64,000 nt of DNA, taken from contig JAHWJU010000001.1 of assembly GCA_019348255.1 (NCBI GenBank), positions 2,900-66,899 on the forward strand. The letters are read 5' to 3'. The DNA is from Actinomycetota bacterium (GTDB lineage: Bacteria > Actinomycetota > Acidimicrobiia > Acidimicrobiales > CADCTF01). Every line of letters starts with the position of its first letter. Within the stretch, counting starts at the first letter, position 1. The translations under genes were made by a program, and so were the position numbers. Of the stretch, positions 34,797-42,847 are shown piece by piece. The notes beneath the pieces were generated by a model, which searched no databases, was not told the DNA's origin, and saw nothing but the letters and a program-made list of their open reading frames with translations.

Positions 34797-35687
34797 TCAC
34801 CAGCAATAGCCCGCCGCCTCCAGCAGGCCACCGGCGTGCCTCTCGAACAGCGCGGAGTCGTCCTCGGTGAAGTGGTTCCGCCGGTCTCCGACCTGCCGCT
34901 TGCCGAAGGGGCGACCTTCGCCCACCTGCTGGCTCGGCAGGTTGGAGAACGACGTGGCCTCCACGACGACCTTGACGAACGTCTCGGAGATGGGCAGGTC
35001 GACGAACCTGACGAGCCGCTTGACCTGCTCGTGCGGGCTCTGCACCAGGGCCTCGTAGCGCAGCACATGCCACCGTCCCGCCGCCAACGGCCGGTCTCGT
35101 ACGGCGGCGCCGTGTCGGACCGCCTGCACCCATCGCTCAATCTGGTCCATGCGGTCCGTGGGAGCGCATGACCCCAGCCTTGGCCCGGTGCTCGAGCGAG
35201 ACGCACAGGTCACGTCCGTCGCGGAGCACCTCGACGATGCGGGCTTCCGGCCAGCGGCGCAGGATGCGGCTGGCGAAGTAGCGATGCCTCGGCGTCGTCT
35301 CCACCAGGACGTGCTCGTACCCCCCGCCGCGCGAGCGGAAGAACCCGTCGAGGATGCTCTCCACCAGCCCCTCTGCCGCTGCGTCGGCGGCGAGACCTTC
35401 CTGCCCCGCCTCGTCCAGCAGCCGGTGCAGTTCCTCTCGGCTGACCCAGTGGTGCGGCCCGGCGTTGCCGCCGCCCAGACCACCCTGCTCGGCGTGTGCG
35501 TAGCGGGCGATGACCGCCGCCCGGCCGGCCGGCGTCAGCCCGTACTGGGCCAACGGCTGGAACAGGGTCGGAACACGTGGGACTCGGGTCCCGAGATCAC
35601 CTGCGGATGGCAGTCGAGGATGCGTCGCGTCCACGTGGTGCCCGACCGTCCGCATCCGACCACGAACACCTTCCGGCACTGCGTCAT
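34797..35687 (-). pseudogene. Sulfotransferase gene disrupted by two frameshifts
   Basis: The N-terminus 'MTQCRKVFVVGCGRSGTTWTRRILDCHPQVISGPESHVF' (PAPS P-loop) starts at ATG 35687. The middle part ('PTLFQPLAQYGL...YEHVLVETTPRHRYFASRILRRWPEARIVEVLRDGRDLCVSLEH') is in a second frame. The C-terminal part ('MDQIERWVQAV...WHVLRYEALVQSPHEQVKRLVRFVDLP...') is in a third frame. The shifts lie near 35580 and 35155. Confidence 0.7.
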
Positions 35688-35754
35688 GCCGGTATCGCCG
35701 CCCTGGTGCCGGGGTCCCGTGTCGATCCGGGACCGGCCGTTTGAATGATGGTCA

Positions 35755-36627
35755 TCAGGTCGCCTCCGAGCTCTGCCAGGTGTCGAGCTCCTCGTCCGAG
35801 ACGTATCCGGCCCTGACCAACATGGGCCCCGCCAGCTCCGCGAACTGCTTGCGGCGGCTCGGCCCCCATTCGCTCCAGTCGTCGGCAGGGCGGCGACCGT
35901 CGTGCTGGAAGCTCGAGTTGACCCGGTTGCCGCCGAACGCCTCGGCCGGTCCGCCATGAGGACGGAGCCCGAGGAAGGCCTGCAGGCGGTCGAAGCCTGC
36001 CTCCGGTTCGGCGGCGAGATCCTCGTTGCGCACGGTGAGGCACCGATCGGGAATGGCCTCCTCAAGCGCCAGGGCGGTGTCCACCCACTCGCTCCAGACG
36101 GCACATGCCTGCCCGAAGTCGTGTACCCACCCGGGCACCTCGTGGCTGAGCCGGGACCGCTGCCCCTCAGTGAAGACGCCCTCGAAGCTCCCCATCGATC
36201 GAACCACCGCTCGGCCGTCCCGCAGGATGTGCACGAACTGGGCGCCGGGGAGCATCACTGCCAGGTCTTGCGCCATGGCGGTGTAGAGCGGCGTCTGGTC
36301 CACCCAGCGGCGACCACCGCTACGGCTGCTGAAGATGGCGTTGACGGCGAGGCCCACGAAGGCGAGGAACTCGTCGCGCTCCACCGCCTCCTCGCGGATC
36401 CAGCTCGGGGTCGCCCGCTCCATGTTCCCCTTCCAGACACGGTCGAGGCGCCCGTTGCCGAACAGCTCGTGGACGAAGTACGACTCCTTCGAAGCCCACA
36501 GTTCGGGGTGCCCGCCGAGCGCCTTGGCCAAGGCGGTCGTCCCCGAACGGGGTGAGCCGATGACGAAGACGGGGTTCCGGCACAGCCTTTCCAGTCCGAG
36601 GTACGCCCGCAGGTGCTCCGTGGTCAC
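35755..36627 (-). CDS. Sulfotransferase (PAPS-dependent, Sulfotransfer_3-like)
   Basis: GTG 36627 forms a GTGA overlap with the upstream stop. The 5'-PSB loop is 'VFVIGSPRSGTTALAKALGGHPEL' and a 3'-PB-like block is 'RWVDQTPLYT...FVHILRDGRAVVRS'. Confidence 0.8.
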   Translation of the reverse strand: MTTEHLRAYLGLERLCRNPVFVIGSPRSGTTALAKALGGHPELWASKESYFVHELFGNGRLDRVWKGNMERATPSWIREEAVERDEFLAFVGLAVNAIFSSRSGGRRWVDQTPLYTAMAQDLAVMLPGAQFVHILRDGRAVVRSMGSFEGVFTEGQRSRLSHEVPGWVHDFGQACAVWSEWVDTALALEEAIPDRCLTVRNEDLAAEPEAGFDRLQAFLGLRPHGGPAEAFGGNRVNSSFQHDGRRPADDWSEWGPSRRKQFAELAGPMLVRAGYVSDEELDTWQSSEAT

Positions 36628-39600
36628 GTGGTCACCACCTGGCTGGCGCGGACGTGGTACTCCACGATCTCGCGGTTGTAGTACGGGGGCGCTCGCAGCG
36701 GATCGACCCCGTGCTTCCACCCGTACAGGAACCGGTGCGCCTGCAGGAGCCAGTCCACGTGGGGGTCGTGGGCAGCGGTCGTCCTCCGGACGTGGCTGAC
36801 CCTCGCCGCCGGCACGGGCGTGAGCTCGACGCCTAGCTCCCAGGCCCGGTGCCAGTAGTCGGTGTCCTCACCGTAGGCGGGGCTGAACTGCTCGTCGAAG
36901 GGACCGACCTCCCGATAGGTGTCGAGCGTCAACATGAAGCACCATCCCGCCGTACCGCCCTGGTCGGGCTGGCGGAAGCCGAGGCCGTCCCCGTGGTCGG
37001 TGTAGGGGAAGGCGATGCGACGGCCAGTGGTCACCGCCTCGAGCAGCGCCTCGTCCCAGCCCGGCTCGACCAGGCAGTCGCTGTTCAGGACGGCTACCAC
37101 CGGAGCCCGGGCCGCTCGGATGCCGGTGTTCCACGCAACGGAGACGCCCCGGTTCTCCTCGAAGCGGTGCACGACGGCGGGGAACGACCGCTGGTGCGGT
37201 GAACCGTTGTCGACCACCAGCACCTCCGTGGGCACGCGGGCCACCTCCCGGACCCGCGCCACGGTGCGGACCGCCATGTCGGCGAGCTCCCGGGTGCGGC
37301 TCCACACCGGCAGCGTGACGGTCAGGGCGACGGTTCCGGACGAGGGTTCCTGCGTCCCGGTGGACCACTCGGTCACGGTCGGCCCCGCCGGGGCGGGTCG
37401 ATCCCTGCTCGGCGTCGGCGCGGGGGGCGGGTCCACGGCCCGGGCGGCGGTGGGGACGCCTCCGAGGGCCTCGGTGACGCCCTTGGCACTGCTGGCGAGG
37501 ATGAGGGCCCGGTAGGCACGGTGCAACCCCTCTCTGTCGGCGTCGGGTGAGCCGGCGACCACTGCCTCCTCCAGCTCCCGGGCCCGTGCTCGCATTGCGG
37601 GGAAGCCGGGGCGGGCCGCCTCCCACCGCTCGCGGGCCTGCTCGACCTGGGCGTAGCGCCGGAGCTCCTCGCCGTCGTGCAGCGTCGCCATGATCGCCTG
37701 GGCCCGCCCCTTGGCCTCCGTGCGCCGGCAGAACTCGTCGAGGCCGATGGAGCGGACCATGAAGGTGCGGGCCGCCGGGTGGTACACGACCCGGAGGCCC
37801 CGTGGCGCCAGGCGCCAGGCCATCTCGACGTCGATGGAGTAGTCCAGGCGCTGGTCGTGTAGGCCGTGCCGAGCGAGCAGGCTGCGCTTGCACGACACCC
37901 GCCCCTCCCAGAAGCCCCTCCAGTCGAGCTGCTGGCCCGCGCTGAGGTTGGCGTAGGAGAACAGGAAGCCGTCGACGTCGGTCACATAGTGCATGAGCGG
38001 CGTGACGACGATCTCGGGCGCCCAGCCGGTGTGGCCGAGCACGGCGACGCCTTCGTCGGGGTGGGCGTCGTGCGCCCGCAGGTGCTGTTCGAGCAGGTCC
38101 GGAGCCGGTCGGTCGTCGTCGTCGCAGAAGAGCACGATGTCGGCTCGGGCCAGGAGCGCGGCCAGGTTCTTGGCGGGGCTGCGGCCGGCGTGCTGGATGT
38201 GAGCCCACACCAGCGGCAAGTTCCCGAGTCGGGCCTCCAGGACGCCGGCCGTCGCCGTGCCCGGGGAGCCGTCGTCCACGACGACGACCTCGAACTCGGC
38301 GGCGTCGAGCGTCTGGGCGGCGAAGCCGTCGAGGCACCCGGCCAGGAGCTCGGGGCGGTCGTAGGTGCCCACCAGCACGCTGATCCGCGGGGTCCCGGTT
38401 GCGGGGCTGCGGCGGAGCGTCCGCCGCAGGTGGTCACCGTCCCGCACCACGACGTCGAGGACCCGACTGCAGCGCAGGGTGTCGTCGTCCGGCTCGAGGG
38501 TGGCGGCGAGACCGATGACCAACTCGTCGAGCAGCATGACCGGTCCCCGAGCTTCGGCACCGGCCCGCACCGCGAGGACCGGCAGGGAAGTCGGCCCGGC
38601 GACCTGGCGGGCAGCGCAGCCCCGCAGTCGCTCGGTCACCGGCGGGGCGGCCGCCGGCCCCGAGCGGTGCGCCGGTTGCACGCGCTCGGCGCCCAGCTCC
38701 GCAGCCGCGGCCACGAGCTGGTCGAGGAAGTTGCCGGGCAGAAGCGCCGAGTCCTCGAGCGCGACCACCCAATCCACGGCCGGAAGGTCCGGCTCGTTGC
38801 CGATCCGGTCGACCGGCGAGTTGCCGTCGGACGGACGCCACCGCTGGCTCACCCGGCAGCGACTGCTCTCGAGGGCTCGCAGCAGCGAGGGGGGCGGACC
38901 GGCCCGCCGACCGTCATAGGTGCCCAGGACCAGGACCTCGGGCCCCTCACCGTCCACCGCCTCGGCCGTAGTCGGTGACGTGCGTCCGTGGGGTGCCCGC
39001 AGGTCGAAGACGACGGCGTGCTGGTCGGCGTGGACCCGCCGCGCGGTCGAGTTGAGGAACGCATCGAAGGCGGGGTAGTGGTGAAGCCACCAGAAGGCGG
39101 TGCTGGGCAGCACGAGATGGGTCGCGCCCCGCTGTCGCAGCGTCTCCACCTGGTGGATGGCGGACTCGCTGTCGGCCGGGTGGAAGCCCGCCCATCCCCT
39201 GTCGGGACCGAGGGGGAAGTGCCATCCCGTCCGTCCGACCAGCCGGACGAGCTCGTCGTCACCCTTCGAGACGACGAGGACGACCGAGCCGGGCTCGGTG
39301 ACGCCGTCGACGGCCGTGTGCACGGCGGCGACCGTCTCCCGGTAGGCCTCCGCCCGCCGCCGCTCGTGCCGGAAGGCGTCCGGGGCGACGGCAGCCGGGC
39401 GGTGGAGCACGTGGTCGACGATGGCCAGGAACTGCTGGCGGACGCGGCTCATGTCGTGGCTCTCGCCTAGCAGCATCCAGCCGGCATCGGCCAGCCGGTT
39501 CCATGTCGCCTCGTCGACGAGGACCCGGGTGAGGGCGGCGGCGAGATCCTCCGGCGACTCCACCACGAGGGCGTGGGTGTCGTGCCGTACCGGAAGGCCC

Positions 39601-40493
39601 TCCATGGCGATCGGCGTGCCGACGACCGGGGTGCCGGCGAACAGCGACTGGACCACCTTGCCCTTGACCCCGGCGCCGTGGAGCAAGGGCACCACGCACA
39701 CCCGGGCGCGCTCCAGGTAGGGCACGATCGACGGGACCCAGCCGACCATGTGGACGTTGGGCAGGCCGCCGGCATGGGCCCGGACCCGGTCGTCGAGGCG
39801 GTTGCCGACGACCGTCAGGGGATGGGCGGTGAGAAGGGCGGGCTCGAGCCGGGGCAGGACGTCATGGCACAGGTACTCGATCGCCTCGCCGTTGGGCAGG
39901 TGCCGGAAGTTGCCGACGAAGAACATGCCGCGGCGCTCGCGGAACGGCAACGGTGACCGCTCGATCCGCTCGGCCAGCGGCAGCTCGAAGACCTTGCCGG
40001 GGCCGAGGAAGTCGGCGAGCAGGGCCGACTCCTTGGCGGAGACGGTCATGACCGCGTCCGCCTGCCGGTAGGTGTTGAGCTCGGCTGCCAGCAGCTTCCC
40101 GTACCCGTCATCGAGCGTACCGTCCACGCCGAAGCGCCTGCGGGCGTCGCGCAGGAAGTGCACGTCGATGGAGTCGATGAGGACGCGGGTGCTCGGCGAG
40201 TGCTCTCGAAGCAGCGGCAGCAGATGGGACGCCGGCTCCCAGAAGGCGAGGACGGCGAGGTCGAACGCGCCCGCCGCTAGGACCTGCTCGGCGACCTCGA
40301 AGCCGGCGAAGGTCGTCACCCCCCGCTGTCGGAGCCGGTTGGCATGCCGCTCGTCGGCGTTGGCCTCCTGGGCCAGGAAGGTGACCGCCCACCCCTCGTC
40401 GAGGAGGAACTCGATGAGGTCGTCCACCCTCTGGGATCCCCGGTCCCGGTCGGGCTCGGGTATCCGTGTCTGCGACACGATGGCTCGCTTCAC
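36624..40493 (-). CDS. Giant multidomain glycosyltransferase: GT-B (GT4-like) + conserved ~100-aa 'WHFP/WWL' module + two GT2 domains
   Basis: GTG 40493 forms a GTGA overlap with the upstream stop. The GT-B part has 'ARVCVVPLLHGAGVKGKVVQSLFAGTPVVGTPIAMEG'. The module lies at 38997..39299. GT2 domain 1 has 'RISVLVGTYDRPELLAGCLDGFAAQT...FEVVVVDDGS...LFCDDDD'. GT2 domain 2 has 'LTVTLPVWSRTRELADM...VLVVDNGS...AVLNSDCLV...YGEDTDYW'. Confidence 0.8.
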   Translation of the reverse strand: MKRAIVSQTRIPEPDRDRGSQRVDDLIEFLLDEGWAVTFLAQEANADERHANRLRQRGVTTFAGFEVAEQVLAAGAFDLAVLAFWEPASHLLPLLREHSPSTRVLIDSIDVHFLRDARRRFGVDGTLDDGYGKLLAAELNTYRQADAVMTVSAKESALLADFLGPGKVFELPLAERIERSPLPFRERRGMFFVGNFRHLPNGEAIEYLCHDVLPRLEPALLTAHPLTVVGNRLDDRVRAHAGGLPNVHMVGWVPSIVPYLERARVCVVPLLHGAGVKGKVVQSLFAGTPVVGTPIAMEGLPVRHDTHALVVESPEDLAAALTRVLVDEATWNRLADAGWMLLGESHDMSRVRQQFLAIVDHVLHRPAAVAPDAFRHERRRAEAYRETVAAVHTAVDGVTEPGSVVLVVSKGDDELVRLVGRTGWHFPLGPDRGWAGFHPADSESAIHQVETLRQRGATHLVLPSTAFWWLHHYPAFDAFLNSTARRVHADQHAVVFDLRAPHGRTSPTTAEAVDGEGPEVLVLGTYDGRRAGPPPSLLRALESSRCRVSQRWRPSDGNSPVDRIGNEPDLPAVDWVVALEDSALLPGNFLDQLVAAAAELGAERVQPAHRSGPAAAPPVTERLRGCAARQVAGPTSLPVLAVRAGAEARGPVMLLDELVIGLAATLEPDDDTLRCSRVLDVVVRDGDHLRRTLRRSPATGTPRISVLVGTYDRPELLAGCLDGFAAQTLDAAEFEVVVVDDGSPGTATAGVLEARLGNLPLVWAHIQHAGRSPAKNLAALLARADIVLFCDDDDRPAPDLLEQHLRAHDAHPDEGVAVLGHTGWAPEIVVTPLMHYVTDVDGFLFSYANLSAGQQLDWRGFWEGRVSCKRSLLARHGLHDQRLDYSIDVEMAWRLAPRGLRVVYHPAARTFMVRSIGLDEFCRRTEAKGRAQAIMATLHDGEELRRYAQVEQARERWEAARPGFPAMRARARELEEAVVAGSPDADREGLHRAYRALILASSAKGVTEALGGVPTAARAVDPPPAPTPSRDRPAPAGPTVTEWSTGTQEPSSGTVALTVTLPVWSRTRELADMAVRTVARVREVARVPTEVLVVDNGSPHQRSFPAVVHRFEENRGVSVAWNTGIRAARAPVVAVLNSDCLVEPGWDEALLEAVTTGRRIAFPYTDHGDGLGFRQPDQGGTAGWCFMLTLDTYREVGPFDEQFSPAYGEDTDYWHRAWELGVELTPVPAARVSHVRRTTAAHDPHVDWLLQAHRFLYGWKHGVDPLRAPPYYNREIVEYHVRASQVVTT

Positions 40494-42847
40494 CACGGCC
40501 ACCTGCCCGCCACGTCGTCGGTGAGCAGGAGGGCCGGCCAGGCGGCGTCGTCGAGCGGGTCGGGCCGGGGCGGGCGCCGCTGGAGGGATGGGCGCCACAC
40601 CTCCCCGACGGCGCCCGCCGGCGTGCCATCGGCGGCGCTGGCCGTCCGGACCGCAGCCGCTTCCGGCTGGTAGGCCACATGCCAGCGGCGAGCCCACAGG
40701 CTGCCGGCGAGGTCCACGAGGCCATCAGGGCCGGGGACGGGGGCATCGATCTCGTCCAGCGCGGTACGGCGGACGACGAGCATGCCGACCCCGGCGTCGG
40801 TGGGGCGGAGGCGCTCGTGCCAGGGCGAGCACGGGTCGACGGAGCCGGCGGCCACGCCGGCCCACGAACCGTCGCTGAACACGGTGACACCCGCGGCCAC
40901 GAGCCGGCCGTCGCGCTCGAAGAGCTTGGCCGCCACCGCTCCGAGGCCCTCGTCACGGGCGAGGGTTCGGCGGGCCGCGGCCAGAGCGCCCGGGAGCGGC
41001 ACGACCCCCTGGTCGAGAAAGGCCACCAACGGCGCCTGCATGGTGCCATCGACCTCGGGGCCCACGAGCCGGCCGACCGGCTCGGGGCCGAGCACCGCAC
41101 GGATGGCGTCGGCCGCGACCGGATCGGGACCGTCGCCCCTCAGGACCACGTCCACCGCGGCGTCACCCTGGGCGGCGTCGTCGTGCTCGGCGATCACCTC
41201 GGCGACCACACAATGCGAGTCGGCGGGGTCGAGCAGGACCACTGCTCCGGACGCGACTCTCCGGGCCTCCGCTACTCGATCCGGCCGGTCGATCACGACG
41301 ATGTCGACGGTGCGGTCCAGGTAGGGGAGGCTCGGGGCGTCGCCATGGGGCCGGAACACGTTGCGCCCTCCGAGGTGCTCGGCGAGCGCCCTCCCCGTCC
41401 AGTCGAGCACCGACGAGGAGGGGCCTGTGTCCCCCGTGAGGTGGTCGAGGGTGCCCGGCAGATCCGTAGGCCACCCGCTCGCGGCCGGTCGACGGGCGGC
41501 CAGATCGACGAGCAGACCGCTCCCGGGCTCGTCCGCCAGGACCCGGTAGCGGGCCAGGTGGGCCGCCACCTGCGGGTACCGGTCGAGCCACCACCGATAG
41601 GCCTCAGGCAGCAGCAGGATGCCGCTCCCCTCGGCCCGCAGTGCCTCGAGATGGGCCACGGCTGCGACTCCGTCGGCCGGCCAGAAGCCGGCGTACTTCC
41701 GGTCCGTCCCCTGGGGGAAGGTGGTGGCCGGCCGCCCGTAGAGGTCGAGCAGCTGCGGATCCCCCTTGCACACGACCAGTACCGGCACGCTCCGGGGGAC
41801 GTGGGCGCGTACCAGCTCGCGGGCGGCCGAGACCTCCGCCGGCACCGGTTGCCGCGCGGAGGACCATTCGTAGCGCACGGCTTGGAAGGAGTCCTCCAAG
41901 CGGTCGAGGCCTTCGGCCATCGCTGCCCAACCGGCACGAGGGGTCGAGTCACTCTCGAGCGCAGCGATCCTCTTCTCGAGCTCGTCCCGCTCGCGCTCCA
42001 ACGCCGCTATCCGGCGATCCCGCCGGTCGAGGTGCTGGCGGGCGAGCTCCAGGTCGAGGACCGCACGCTCGACCCGGCCGGCGTCGGCGTCGGTGTCCAC
42101 GGGGAACATCCCCTCGGGCGGCAGACCAGCCTCCGCGCAGAGGCGCCGGTACAGCTCCACCACGGCCGGTGATGCGCCCGCCGCCGCCAAGGTGACCTCG
42201 AGGTCGTGGTGACGCAGCCGCTCGTCGAAGGCGGAGACGGCGGAGTCGACGGCTGCCGGTTCCAGCCCGGCGAAGGAGAGCAGACGCCCGGCCGATCCAC
42301 CTCCGTCCTTGAACTGGGCGTGGTAATGGGTGACGAGCCGCTTCTCTGCCGGCACCGCGCCGAGGACGGCTTCGTAGTAGTCGTGCCACAGGCGCAGCGC
42401 CAGCGAGTACGAGATCCGGTTGCGCCGTTTCAGAGAGAGCGCCACCTCCAAGGGGTGACGCACGCAGACGACCACGAGCAGGTCGGGGACGAGGTCGAGC
42501 CAGAATCGGGCGGTCAGGCATGTGCGGGGGTCCTTCCACCCCCAGGGACCCTGGGCCGCGAGCCCGCCCAGGAGCTCGGCCGCGGGCTCGGCCAGGTGCG
42601 CCACCCGAGGGTCGTCGGCGGTCAGCGGAGGGCACGATGGCGGGTTGTCCCAGGCACCGCCGGTGGCCCCGAGAAGGTCCTCGTTGACCCGGACCAGCCC
42701 TTCGTGCTCGAAGAAGCCCTCCGGGTTGTCCGGCGCCGGACCCACCAGATCCCGTTCGTCGCCGAGGTGGAGGCCGGCGAGCATCAGGGCCTTGGCGATC
42801 ATGGACGTCCCCGTGCGGTGCATCCCCGTGATCGCGATCGCACTCAT
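40490..42847 (-). CDS. Sulfotransferase-like N-domain + coiled coil + 'WHFP/WWL'-type module + degenerate GT2-like C-domain
   Basis: ATG 42847 forms an ATGA overlap with the upstream stop. The P-loop is 'IAITGMHRTGTSMIAKAL', followed by 'WGWKDPRTCLTARFW'. A coiled coil 'LELARQHLDRRDRRIAALERERDELEKRIAALE' follows. The module lies at 41498..41800. The C-terminus has 'GVGMLVVRRTALDEI'. Confidence 0.7.
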   Translation of the reverse strand: MSAIAITGMHRTGTSMIAKALMLAGLHLGDERDLVGPAPDNPEGFFEHEGLVRVNEDLLGATGGAWDNPPSCPPLTADDPRVAHLAEPAAELLGGLAAQGPWGWKDPRTCLTARFWLDLVPDLLVVVCVRHPLEVALSLKRRNRISYSLALRLWHDYYEAVLGAVPAEKRLVTHYHAQFKDGGGSAGRLLSFAGLEPAAVDSAVSAFDERLRHHDLEVTLAAAGASPAVVELYRRLCAEAGLPPEGMFPVDTDADAGRVERAVLDLELARQHLDRRDRRIAALERERDELEKRIAALESDSTPRAGWAAMAEGLDRLEDSFQAVRYEWSSARQPVPAEVSAARELVRAHVPRSVPVLVVCKGDPQLLDLYGRPATTFPQGTDRKYAGFWPADGVAAVAHLEALRAEGSGILLLPEAYRWWLDRYPQVAAHLARYRVLADEPGSGLLVDLAARRPAASGWPTDLPGTLDHLTGDTGPSSSVLDWTGRALAEHLGGRNVFRPHGDAPSLPYLDRTVDIVVIDRPDRVAEARRVASGAVVLLDPADSHCVVAEVIAEHDDAAQGDAAVDVVLRGDGPDPVAADAIRAVLGPEPVGRLVGPEVDGTMQAPLVAFLDQGVVPLPGALAAARRTLARDEGLGAVAAKLFERDGRLVAAGVTVFSDGSWAGVAAGSVDPCSPWHERLRPTDAGVGMLVVRRTALDEIDAPVPGPDGLVDLAGSLWARRWHVAYQPEAAAVRTASAADGTPAGAVGEVWRPSLQRRPPRPDPLDDAAWPALLLTDDVAGRWPW

